Positions 1 to 8,414 of a stretch of 27,647 nucleotides of DNA are shown piece after piece (position 1 is the first letter of the stretch; every line of letters begins with the position of its first letter). Under the pieces are notes generated by a model that did no database searches, was not told where the DNA came from, and saw nothing but the letters and a program-made list of their open reading frames with translations. The translations under genes were made by a program, and so were the position numbers. Source of the DNA: a virus (lineage: Duplodnaviria > Caudoviricetes); the IMG/VR virus record IMGVR_UViG_3300022173_000023, positions 1 through 27,647 of that record; one strand, written 5' to 3'.

Positions 1-72
1 TGCTCTTCCGATCTGGAAACATTGGGAGCTAAGTCGCGGATTTTTTATTCGAGAAACGGTGAATTTGGACCA

Positions 73-459
73 ATGACCGCGAAAAAGGGCCGGGGTCGTC
101 CGGAATACGTCCCGACGGACGAGGATCGTGAGAAGGTCCAGATCCTGCGGGCTCAGGGCATGTCGAAGGAGGCGATTGCCTCTGCAATCGGCATTCACCA
201 CGAGACGCTGACCAAGCATTTTTCCGTCGACATGGAATGCGCGGTCGCGAAACGGACTGCTGAGGTTATGATGGCGCGGTATCGCTCTGCGATCGGCGGC
301 AATGTGTCGGCGCAGAACAAGTTCCTCGAGTTGGCTGGTGCTTTGCCTCCGAAGGCGACGCGGCCACTGAAGACCCCGGCGAAGGGCAAGAAAGAGGTCC
401 AGGCCGAGGAAGCCGCAGTCGGTGCGGCCGGCACGGCCTGGGGTGACATCCTGCAATGA
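73..459 (+). CDS. terS: Terminase small subunit (N-terminal HTH)
   Basis: Starts GRGRPEYVPT followed by an HTH-like segment (GMSKEAIASAIGIHHETLTKHF). Its stop overlaps the terL ATG (ATGA at 456-459). ATG 73 preferred over the TTG at 22. Confidence 0.8.
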   Translation: MTAKKGRGRPEYVPTDEDREKVQILRAQGMSKEAIASAIGIHHETLTKHFSVDMECAVAKRTAEVMMARYRSAIGGNVSAQNKFLELAGALPPKATRPLKTPAKGKKEVQAEEAAVGAAGTAWGDILQ

Positions 460-2141
460 CCGAATGGGATTTCGCGCAGCCGAACTGGTTCGCGCGGATG
501 AAGTCGGACGGCGGCATGGTTCCGGCGCTGCCGCTATTCAAGGCGAAGGCGGATCGGGCGGTCAAGGTCTTCGATAATCTGAGGGTCCCGGACATCGCGG
601 GGCAGCCGTCATTCGGCGAGGCAGCCGGGGATTGGTTCCGCGATATCGTCCGGGCGGTGTTCGGGTCGCTCGACGATGAGGGTGTCCGGCACGTCCCGGA
701 AGTCTTCGCTCTGGTGCCGAAGAAGAACTCCAAGACGACCGGCGGCGCTGGGCTGATGCTCACGGCGCTGCTGGTCAATGAGGTGCCGCGCGGCGAGTTC
801 CTGTTCGTCGCGCCGACGCAAGAGATCGCCGACCTCGCTTTCCAGCAGGCGGCAGGCATGATCGATGCGGACCCGGAAGGGTATCTGCAGAAGCGTTTTC
901 AGGTCCAGGAGCACAAGAAGACGATCCGGGATCGGGTCAACAAGGCCTTCGTCAAGGTGAAGACCTTCGACATGAAGGTGATGACGGGCGCGAAGCCGAT
1001 CGGAGTTCTGATCGACGAACTGCACGTCATGGGATCGATGCACTTCGCGGCGCGGGTGCTGGGCCAGATCAGAGGCGCGCTAGAGTCGAAGAAGAACAGC
1101 TTCCTGCTGATCATCACGACGCAGAGCGATGAGCCGCCGGCTGGCGTATTCCGGGCCGAACTGATGTATGCACGCGGCGTGCGCGACGGTCGGATACCGA
1201 ACGCTCGCATGCTGCCTATCCTCTACGAGTTTCCGGAGGCGATGCAGGCCGACCGCGAGAAGCCTTGGATCGACCCTGCGAACTGGCCGATGGTTATGCC
1301 GAACCTGGGCCGGTCGGTGCATATCGATACGATGATCGCCGGATATGCCGCGGCGAAGGAAAAGGGCGACGTCGAAGAGCGGCGCTGGGCCTCGCAGCAT
1401 CTCAATATAGAGATCGGGCTTGGGCTCCATTCCGATAGCTGGGCTGGCGCCGAATACTGGCTCGCTTCAGCCGACAAGACGCTGACCCTGAAATCGGTCA
1501 TCGCGCGGTCGGAAGTGATCGTGATCGGGATCGACGGCGGCGGGCTGGACGACTTGCTCGGTCTGGCCGTGCTGGGCCGGGAGCGCGGAACCGGCAAATG
1601 GCTGCTTTGGTCTCATGCCTGGGCGCATGAGATCGTCAAGACGCGGCGGAAGGACATTTCGCCCCGGCTGCTGGATTTCGAGATCGAGAAGTCCCTGACC
1701 TTCGTCAAGCTTCCGGGCGACGACGTCTATGCCCTGGCCGAATGCGTGATGGAAGTCGAGGACGCCGGACTGCTGGCGGCAGATGCGGCGATCGGCGTCG
1801 ACAGTTTCGGTGTCACCGACATCGTGAAGGAATTGACCAGTCGCGGCATCTCGGAAGCCCGCATCGTCGGCATCCCGCAAGGGTGGCAGCTCAACGGCGC
1901 GATCAAGACCGCAGAACGGAACCTGGCCGGCGGGACGCTGGTGCATGCCGGTCTCTCCCTGATGGCCTGGTCGGTTGGCAACGCGAAGGTCGAGCCGCGC
2001 GGAAACGCAATCTCGATCACGAAACAAGCTAGCGGCACGGCGAAGATCGACCCTCTGATGGCGGCATTCAACACCGTCGTCCTGATGGGCAAGAACCCAC
2101 AAGCCGGCGTGACGCTCGACATCGCGGCCATGGTCGCCTGA
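456..2141 (+). CDS. terL: Terminase large subunit (Terminase_1 / HK97-like)
   Basis: Walker A variant VPKKNSKTT, Walker B VLIDELH, motif IITTQS, nuclease IGIDGGGLDDL and C-terminal KIDPLMA. Confidence 0.96.
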   Translation: MTEWDFAQPNWFARMKSDGGMVPALPLFKAKADRAVKVFDNLRVPDIAGQPSFGEAAGDWFRDIVRAVFGSLDDEGVRHVPEVFALVPKKNSKTTGGAGLMLTALLVNEVPRGEFLFVAPTQEIADLAFQQAAGMIDADPEGYLQKRFQVQEHKKTIRDRVNKAFVKVKTFDMKVMTGAKPIGVLIDELHVMGSMHFAARVLGQIRGALESKKNSFLLIITTQSDEPPAGVFRAELMYARGVRDGRIPNARMLPILYEFPEAMQADREKPWIDPANWPMVMPNLGRSVHIDTMIAGYAAAKEKGDVEERRWASQHLNIEIGLGLHSDSWAGAEYWLASADKTLTLKSVIARSEVIVIGIDGGGLDDLLGLAVLGRERGTGKWLLWSHAWAHEIVKTRRKDISPRLLDFEIEKSLTFVKLPGDDVYALAECVMEVEDAGLLAADAAIGVDSFGVTDIVKELTSRGISEARIVGIPQGWQLNGAIKTAERNLAGGTLVHAGLSLMAWSVGNAKVEPRGNAISITKQASGTAKIDPLMAAFNTVVLMGKNPQAGVTLDIAAMVA

Positions 2142-2156
2142 CCTAGGAATCATGAC

Positions 2157-4073
2157 ATGACGATGCACTACCGAGCGACGGTTTCGGCCGGCGAAGGTTT
2201 CGATTTTGTCATTTCCGACGGGTCGATGGATCGCCACGGCACGCGCATCAACCCGAACGGCTGGGATCTGCGGTCGTTCCTCGCCAACCCGGTTGCGCTG
2301 TGGTCGCACGGCCAAGACCCGATCCGAGGGCGCGTGCCGATTGGCCGATGGGAGAACCTTCGCGTCGAGGGCGAGCGTCTTATGGGCCGGCTGGTCATGG
2401 CGGCGGAAGGCACGAGCCAGTTCGTCAATGAACTGCGCAGCTTGGTCACCCAAGGTATCCTCCGCGCGGTCTCTGTCGGGTTCGAAGACCCGAAACAGGG
2501 AAAGCCTGGAGGGCGCTACGAAATCGAGCGCGCTGGTTTGCGCGAAGTGTCCCTTGTCGCGGTCGGTTCCAACATGAACGCGCTTCAGTTGGCGCGGTCC
2601 CTCGACATCTCAGAATCCACGATCCGAACGGTCTTTGCCGAGCATGGCGAGACGGGCCGGCGGGACGTGTCTACCCCCGGCAAGAACGCCGTCACATCCC
2701 CCGAAAACGCCCGCTCAACGGCGGGCCTCCCCACTCAACCGAAGGTGAAACCCATGACCACGCTCTCCCAGCGCATTGAAGCGCTTGAAGCCGGCATTCT
2801 CGCAAATCGCGACAAGCTGGTGGAACTGAACGCTGCCGAAGCTTTTGACCAGGCGGCCGTCGATGAACTGAATGCCCGTATCGATGCCGACGTTTCGGAA
2901 CTGGCATCGCGCAAGGCATCCGAAGCCAAGATCGGCCTCAACGCCCAGCGTGAGCATCTGCCAGCACCGTCCGTCAATCGCCGTCCGCTCGGCTTCCCGC
3001 AGCGCGACATCGGCGGGCTCGACCTGCTCGTTCGCAGTGCGGTCGTTCGGAGCTGTTCGCTCTGGACCGGAGAGGCGGTCGAGGCCATCGCCGAAAAGCG
3101 CTATCCCGGCCACGAAGCCACCCTCGCGCTTTCCCGCGCCGCCGCCCCTCTGGCGACGACCGGAACGGCCGGGTTCGTGGCCGAACTGCAGCAGACGAGC
3201 TACGCCGCTCTGGTCGACGCGCTTCGCGGCAAGTCGATCTACCCGGTGTTGCGCGACCGCGGCATGGGCATGTCATTCGACGCGGCCGGAACCGCCTACA
3301 TCCCGAGCCTGACGGCTGGCGGTGCGAACGGATCCTTCTTCGCCGAGGGCACGCCGATGCGCGTTGGTCGCATCACCACTGCAGCCACGACCATGACTTC
3401 GCGCAAGATGGGCGTCATCATCCCGTTCTCCCGCGAAGCCGCCAAGCGCAGCACGCCGAACCTCGAAAGCCTGGTCCGCCGGGCAATCATCGACGACACC
3501 GCTGCCGTCCTCGACTCGCATCTTCTGGATGCCGTCGCGGGCGATACGGTTCGTCCGGCCGGTCTGCTCAATGGCGTGGTCGCGACTGCGAGCGGCTACG
3601 GCGGCGCCGATTACGAGGCGGTCATTGCCGACTTCAAGGCGCTGCTGGCTCCGTTCATCACGGCCAACGCCGCCGATGGCATCACCGTCATCATGAACCC
3701 GTCGCAGGGTCTGGCGCTCGACTTGATGGTCGGCCCCGACGGCAAGCTCGGCGACTGGTTCGGCAAGCTCAGCAGCCGCGTCTCCATCGTGGAGTCGACG
3801 CATGCGACGGCTGGCCGACTGATCGCGATCCGCAATTCGGACCTCGCCGTTGCGATGGGCGATGCGCCGGACTTCGAAATCTCCAACCAGGCGACGATTC
3901 ACATGGAGGATACGAGCCCTCTGGAAATCGTCAGCGCGACCGGCCCGACGACGGCAAATCCTGTCCGTTCGTTCTTCCAGACCGACTCGATGGGCGTCCG
4001 CATGGTGATGGACGTTTCCTGGAAGATGGTCCGCAGCGGCATGGTCCGCTGGATCGACGGCACGAGCTGGTAA
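2157..4073 (+). CDS. Prohead protease (HK97-type, Peptidase_S78-like) fused to major capsid protein
   Basis: N-terminal ~150 aa carry protease motifs (DRHG, NPVALWSH, PIGRW, AVSVGF, LREVSLVAVGSN). A coiled-coil delta-like region and HK97-fold capsid motifs follow (RPAGLLNG, IMNPSQ, SFFQTDSMGVR). AGGA SD at 2145-2148. Confidence 0.93.
   Translation: MTMHYRATVSAGEGFDFVISDGSMDRHGTRINPNGWDLRSFLANPVALWSHGQDPIRGRVPIGRWENLRVEGERLMGRLVMAAEGTSQFVNELRSLVTQGILRAVSVGFEDPKQGKPGGRYEIERAGLREVSLVAVGSNMNALQLARSLDISESTIRTVFAEHGETGRRDVSTPGKNAVTSPENARSTAGLPTQPKVKPMTTLSQRIEALEAGILANRDKLVELNAAEAFDQAAVDELNARIDADVSELASRKASEAKIGLNAQREHLPAPSVNRRPLGFPQRDIGGLDLLVRSAVVRSCSLWTGEAVEAIAEKRYPGHEATLALSRAAAPLATTGTAGFVAELQQTSYAALVDALRGKSIYPVLRDRGMGMSFDAAGTAYIPSLTAGGANGSFFAEGTPMRVGRITTAATTMTSRKMGVIIPFSREAAKRSTPNLESLVRRAIIDDTAAVLDSHLLDAVAGDTVRPAGLLNGVVATASGYGGADYEAVIADFKALLAPFITANAADGITVIMNPSQGLALDLMVGPDGKLGDWFGKLSSRVSIVESTHATAGRLIAIRNSDLAVAMGDAPDFEISNQATIHMEDTSPLEIVSATGPTTANPVRSFFQTDSMGVRMVMDVSWKMVRSGMVRWIDGTSW
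2709..2756 (+). promoter_or_regulatory. Putative internal translation start (hairpin, SD, in-frame ATG 2754) for a protease-less capsid protein
   Basis: GCCCGC-tcaacg-GCGGGC stem (2709-2726), GAAGGTGA SD (2741-2748), ATG 2754 in frame (Met200) at the linker/coiled-coil boundary. Confidence 0.6.
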
Positions 4074-4088
4074 CGGCTCACACCAAAT

Positions 4089-4117
4089 GCGCGGGGCCAA
4101 TCACGGTCCCGCGTTTT
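4089..4117 (+). terminator. Intrinsic terminator-like hairpin after the capsid gene
   Basis: GCGCGGGGCC-aatcac-GGTCCCGCGT: 10-bp stem with 2 G-U pairs, followed by TTT. Confidence 0.6.
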
Positions 4118-4152
4118 CACCTTGTGCGGATAGAGTCCGCGGGAGAAACCAC

Positions 4153-4524
4153 ATGACCATTCGTCGATTTGCCGTCCCCATGACCGTTGATGCCAGCGGC
4201 GACGGGGAGTTCTACTCGCCTGCCATCTACGGCAATCTCGTGTCGTTCCGCTATGTCAAGGACGACTTTGCGGACGGCGTCGATTTCGTCTGCACCCTCG
4301 AAACCACGGGCGAGACGCTCTGGGCAGAGGACGCGGTCAACGCATCTGCTACGCGCCACCCGCGCGCGGCCACCCATTCGACGGCGGGCGCGGCTGCCCT
4401 CTACGCCAGCGGCGGCGTCGCTGTTCTGGACCGCATCGCGATCGGCGGAGACCGCATCAAGATCGTGGTCGACGGCGGCGGCAACGCCACATCCGGCACG
4501 CTGCACATCACGGTTGATGGGTGA
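4153..4524 (+). CDS. Putative capsid decoration / beta-sandwich virion protein, paralog 1
   Basis: GGGAGA SD before ATG 4153. Small Gly/Thr/Val-rich protein directly after the capsid gene and an obvious paralog of the next ORF. Function inferred from position. Confidence 0.7.
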   Translation: MTIRRFAVPMTVDASGDGEFYSPAIYGNLVSFRYVKDDFADGVDFVCTLETTGETLWAEDAVNASATRHPRAATHSTAGAAALYASGGVAVLDRIAIGGDRIKIVVDGGGNATSGTLHITVDG

Positions 4525-4530
4525 TCGATC

Positions 4531-4914
4531 ATGGCACGCTCACGAAAACACACCGTCGTCGCGACCTCGAACGGTTCTCAGGTCGGGACGCACTACACGC
4601 CGTATTTCTCGGGCTACATCGAATCCGTCCAGTATGTGAAGGACGGCACCACGCCCTACACCGACGGCGTCGACTTCACGATCACGGCGGATGAAACCGG
4701 CGAGAACATTTGGACCGACACCAACATCAACGCTTCCGAAGTCGTTCGGCCTCGCGCCGCGACGCACACAACGGCAGGCGTTGCCGCGCTCTATGCGGCA
4801 AGCGGTGAGGTGGGCGATCGCATCGCGCTCGGTCGCGACCGGGTCAAGATCGTGCTGGCTCAGGCCGGCGCGTCGAAGACTGGCACGTTCGTCATCACGG
4901 TTGCCGACAAGTGA
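4531..4914 (+). CDS. Putative capsid decoration / beta-sandwich virion protein, paralog 2
   Basis: GGTGATC SD at 4520-4526. Shares YVKD, DGVDF, TGExxW, PRAATHxTAGxAALYA and DRIAxGxDRxKIV with paralog 1. Confidence 0.7.
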   Translation: MARSRKHTVVATSNGSQVGTHYTPYFSGYIESVQYVKDGTTPYTDGVDFTITADETGENIWTDTNINASEVVRPRAATHTTAGVAALYAASGEVGDRIALGRDRVKIVLAQAGASKTGTFVITVADK

Positions 4915-4919
4915 CCATC

Positions 4920-4941
4920 GACGCGGGCTCCGGCCCGCGTC
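4920..4941 (+). other. Stable intergenic RNA hairpin with a cUCCGg (UNCG) tetraloop
   Basis: GACGCGGGC-TCCG-GCCCGCGTC is a perfect 9-bp stem. No U-tract follows. Confidence 0.6.
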
Positions 4942-4963
4942 CCCTCTCTCAGGAGACAATTCA

Positions 4964-5227
4964 ATGCGCGAAACCTGGTATGTGCTGGAGGGCGGAGGCG
5001 TCGCCGATCCCCGCGAATGCGCTCCCGGCGAAGATGGCCGACTGACGCACAAGAGCGGCATCGCGGTCGAGATGCGCGGCGAGACCCCGCGGTCGCGCGG
5101 CGTCGATCTGGACCCGGATGGCAATGGCCCGTCGAATAAGGCGCCGTCTGGAGCGACAAAGACCCGCGAACTGACGGCTGAGAAGCCGAAGCGCGGCTAC
5201 AAGACCCGCGATCTGAAGGCAGACTGA
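4964..5227 (+). CDS. Small hypothetical head-module protein (87 aa)
   Basis: AGGAGA SD at 4951-4956 and ATG 4964. Basic C-terminus KPKRGYKTRDLKAD; stop is 1 nt before the portal TTG. Confidence 0.7.
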   Translation: MRETWYVLEGGGVADPRECAPGEDGRLTHKSGIAVEMRGETPRSRGVDLDPDGNGPSNKAPSGATKTRELTAEKPKRGYKTRDLKAD

Positions 5228-5228
5228 C

Positions 5229-6602
5229 TTGTCGAATTGGCTGACACGGATCCTGCCATCGTGGGCGGTGCGATCCGAAGGTTCGTATCGTCCTGGTCCT
5301 TACCAGATCGATGGCGGTTGGCTGTCGGCTACGGCAGGGCGGTTCTGGAATTTTTGGCAGATGGGCTACTCGCTGCAATATGGCGAGAGCAACGCCATGG
5401 TCGAGGCGTGCATCGGGGCTTATTCGCAGACCGTCGCCATGTGTCCCGGCGCGCACAAGGCAACGACGCCGGAAGGCGGAACGAGGGTCATCACCACGTC
5501 GGCGCTTTCGCGCATTCTCCGGGCGCCGAACGACTATCAGTCGATTTCAGATTTCCTGCTTAACCTGACGCGCGCCTTGTATGAGCGCGGCGAAGGTTTT
5601 GCCGTGGCGATCCGGAACGATCGTCAGGAAATCTCCGAGCTGCACTTGATGCAGAACGGTCTCCCGATGGTCGGTGAAGATGGGTCGATTTTCTACCATC
5701 TGAGCGGAAACGAGATCGCCGAGCGCCGGTTCTACCTGTCCTACCCTGTCCCGGCGCGCGATGTTCTGCACGTCCGCCTGCATACTCCCCGCCACCCCTT
5801 GAAGGGCGTCAGCCCGATCCTCGCGACCGTCCTCGAAAGGGCGATGGCTGGCGCGGCGCTCAACCAGCAAGTCGCGTTCTATCTCAACCAGGCGCGGCCG
5901 AGCTTCATGCTCGAAACCGATCAGCAGTTGACAAAGGAACAGACAGACGCCCTTCGCGACCGCTGGAATGCGCAGACGCAGGGCGAGAACGCGGGTGGAA
6001 CGCCAATCCTGGCGTGGGGCCTGAAGGCGAAGCCTGTGACCATCGGCGCAAAGGATGCCGAACTTGCTGGCATGCTGAAAATCACGGACCAGTCGATCGC
6101 ATTGGCGTTCCGCATGCCGCTCGCAGTGCTCGGCATCGGCGACACACCATTCGCCTCGACCGAGGCGCTGATGTCGTCATGGAAGGCATCGGGGCTCGGC
6201 TTTGCGCTCAACCATATCGAGGAAGCTTTCGGTCTTTTGTTTCGCCTGAAGGGCCAGCCAGAGGAGTATCTGGAGTTCGACACGTCGGCTCTGATGCGCT
6301 CCAATTTCAAGGAACGGATGGAAGGCTGGGCTATTGCCACGAAGTCCGGCATCGCCATCAACGAATTCCGCAACGCCGAAGGCTATCCCACCGTATCGGA
6401 CGGCGACGATCCTCGCGTTCAGCAGCAGATGGTTCCGCTCTCCTATGGCGCGAAGATGCAACCGCCGACCGCTACTCCTGCGCAGCCCGCCGCCCCCGCA
6501 AACGAGGATCCCGAGGATGAACCAGACGATGGGCGGGCCTTTGAAGCGTTCGGGCGCGATCTAGATGAGCGGATTACCCGTGAATCTCAGCGCGTTCACT
6601 GA
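5229..6602 (+). CDS. Portal protein (HK97 family)
   Basis: Portal motifs PNDYQS, GEGFAVAIRN, DVLHVR, LKGVSPI, NAGGTPIL, IALAFRMP, EFDTSALMR and INEFRNAEG. TTG start with an upstream GAAGG. Confidence 0.93.
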   Translation: MSNWLTRILPSWAVRSEGSYRPGPYQIDGGWLSATAGRFWNFWQMGYSLQYGESNAMVEACIGAYSQTVAMCPGAHKATTPEGGTRVITTSALSRILRAPNDYQSISDFLLNLTRALYERGEGFAVAIRNDRQEISELHLMQNGLPMVGEDGSIFYHLSGNEIAERRFYLSYPVPARDVLHVRLHTPRHPLKGVSPILATVLERAMAGAALNQQVAFYLNQARPSFMLETDQQLTKEQTDALRDRWNAQTQGENAGGTPILAWGLKAKPVTIGAKDAELAGMLKITDQSIALAFRMPLAVLGIGDTPFASTEALMSSWKASGLGFALNHIEEAFGLLFRLKGQPEEYLEFDTSALMRSNFKERMEGWAIATKSGIAINEFRNAEGYPTVSDGDDPRVQQQMVPLSYGAKMQPPTATPAQPAAPANEDPEDEPDDGRAFEAFGRDLDERITRESQRVH

Positions 6603-7800
6603 TGCGGCGGCGGACCGGGTTGCCCGGTCGATTGCCGCCATGCAGCGTGACGCCGCACGAGAGCGTGAGCTACGCGATGCACAGTTCGCAGCGCGCATGG
6701 CGGCAATCGAAACCCGCCTCGCATCCGTTGCGGAACTCGAGCGGAAGTTGGCGGATCGTCTCGCGGCGGTGAAGGACGGCGAGCCGGGCATCAACGTCGA
6801 CATGGATGCAGTTGAGCGACTGGTTTCCGAGCGCGTCGAGCAAATCGTGTCGTCATGGGGGATCGATGCTTTGGTGGACCGGGCTGTCGCGGCTCTGCCA
6901 CCCGCCGAACCCGGCAAGAGCGTCACGGTTGATGACGTCGCGCCGATGATTGCCGATCGCATCGCGGAAGCGATTGCCGCTCTGCCGCCTGTCGAGCCGA
7001 AGGAAGTCGATCCGGAATTGGTGCGCGAACTGATTGGAGAAGCGGTGTCAGCCATTCCGCCAGTTGAACCGCGTGAGGTCGATCCGGAAGTCATCGCGCG
7101 CATGGTAGCGGATGAAGTCGGCAAGCTGCCGCCTGCGGAACCGGGCAAGAGTGTGGATCCGGAAACAGTCCGGGCCATGGTCGACGAGGCTGTTGCCGCC
7201 CTTCCGACGCCAGAGAAGGGCAAGGACGCCGATCCCGAGCTTATCGCGTCTCTTGTCGCGGGTCGTGTCCGTGAGGCCGTGGAAGCCCTTCCGCCGGCAA
7301 AGCAGGGTGATCCTGGGCCGATGGGCGCGCTACCCGTCGTCAAGGCGTGGGAAGACCGCGTCTATTACGAGGGCGAAGTCTGCGAAAAGGACGGCAGCCT
7401 GTTCCAGGCCCGAAAGGATACCGGCAAGGAGCCGGATCACGAGGACTGGTCCTGCATCGTCCGCAAGGGCAAGGATGGCGACGACGGAAGGTCGTTCACA
7501 ATCCGCGGCACATGGGTTGTCGATGGAGAATACCGTGAGCTTGATGTCGTCGCGCTCAACGGCGCCTCGTTTGCGGCCCGCAGGGATGATCCCGGCGCGT
7601 GTCCTGGCGAAGGCTGGCAGCTCATGTCGACCCAGGGCAAGCCCGGCAAACAGGGCGAGCGCGGGCCGAAGGGTGACACCGGTCACGTCCGCGCGGTCAC
7701 GGCGATGCGCGCCGACAATGATGGCCTGTTGACCCTGGTCAATGCCGACGGATCAACCGTCGAATGCGACCTCTACCCAGTTCTGTCGAGGCTCGGCTGA
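6565..7800 (+). CDS. Portal-adjacent repeat/collagen-containing fibre-like virion protein
   Basis: N-terminal coiled coil, about 6-7 tandem LPPxEPGK/xxVDPE repeats, two aromatic beta modules and a GXY run (GKPGKQGERGPKGDTG). Overlaps the portal 3' end; the start could be GTG 6580. Confidence 0.75.
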   Translation: MSGLPVNLSAFTDAAADRVARSIAAMQRDAARERELRDAQFAARMAAIETRLASVAELERKLADRLAAVKDGEPGINVDMDAVERLVSERVEQIVSSWGIDALVDRAVAALPPAEPGKSVTVDDVAPMIADRIAEAIAALPPVEPKEVDPELVRELIGEAVSAIPPVEPREVDPEVIARMVADEVGKLPPAEPGKSVDPETVRAMVDEAVAALPTPEKGKDADPELIASLVAGRVREAVEALPPAKQGDPGPMGALPVVKAWEDRVYYEGEVCEKDGSLFQARKDTGKEPDHEDWSCIVRKGKDGDDGRSFTIRGTWVVDGEYRELDVVALNGASFAARRDDPGACPGEGWQLMSTQGKPGKQGERGPKGDTGHVRAVTAMRADNDGLLTLVNADGSTVECDLYPVLSRLG

Positions 7801-8414
7801 TGTCGCGGTTTTCAGTCACGACGCCAGCGACGGACGTTTCGCTTCTGACGATCGCAGAACTGCGCGCGGCGGCCGGCGTGACGGACAATAGCAAGGATGC
7901 GGAATTGACAATCCTCGGCCGGCGCATCTCGACCGCGATTGCGCGGCAGTGCTGCATTGCCGACGACGGGGTAAACCCGCCGACCCTCTTGCGCGAGACA
8001 TGCACAGAAGTCTTTCGCTGGTCTGGTTGCGGGCCGCTGCACCTATCCCGGCGCCCGGTCACGTTGATCGTCTCTGCGGTGAATGGCGTATCAGCGATTG
8101 ACGGCGCGAACTACGAGGTCAGCGGCGGGTCGGTGCTGCACTATCTCACCAGCGACGAGCTGACGTCGTGGCCCGCCGGGAAGATCACCGTCGTGTATGA
8201 GGCCGGCTACGCGACCGCGCCGGATGATCTGAAGCTCGCAGCGTCGAAGCTTGCGACCGCGACGTTCGCAGAAACCGCACGTGACCCGAACCTGAAACGG
8301 GAAGACCTGCCAGGAATCATCGAACGGGAATATTGGGTGGCCCCGTCTGACGACCCGCTGCTGTCCGCAGAGATCAGCGACCTGCTTTCGCCCTATGTCC
8401 AGAGGTGGATCTGA
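7800..8414 (+). CDS. Head-tail connector/adaptor (HK97 gp6 / SPP1 gp15-like)
   Basis: TPAT..LLTIAELRAAAGV..D..D..L start, ITVVYEAGY..APDDLKLA and LLSPY end. TGATG coupling at 7798-7802. Confidence 0.85.
   Translation: MSRFSVTTPATDVSLLTIAELRAAAGVTDNSKDAELTILGRRISTAIARQCCIADDGVNPPTLLRETCTEVFRWSGCGPLHLSRRPVTLIVSAVNGVSAIDGANYEVSGGSVLHYLTSDELTSWPAGKITVVYEAGYATAPDDLKLAASKLATATFAETARDPNLKREDLPGIIEREYWVAPSDDPLLSAEISDLLSPYVQRWI

Noticed and set aside
1-72. Possible cos site or late promoter upstream of terS (A/T-rich TTTTTTATT stretch)
   Set aside because: Too little upstream context and no recognisable cos or promoter pattern.
2152-2160. Mini-ORF ATG-ACA-TGA overlapping the protease-capsid start
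   Set aside because: SD spacing (3 nt) is poor for it and good (8 nt) for ATG 2157; probably incidental.
6565-6602. Frameshift fusing the portal to the downstream repeat protein
   Set aside because: The overlap is in the +1 frame with no recognisable shift site; independent ATG/GTG starts exist.
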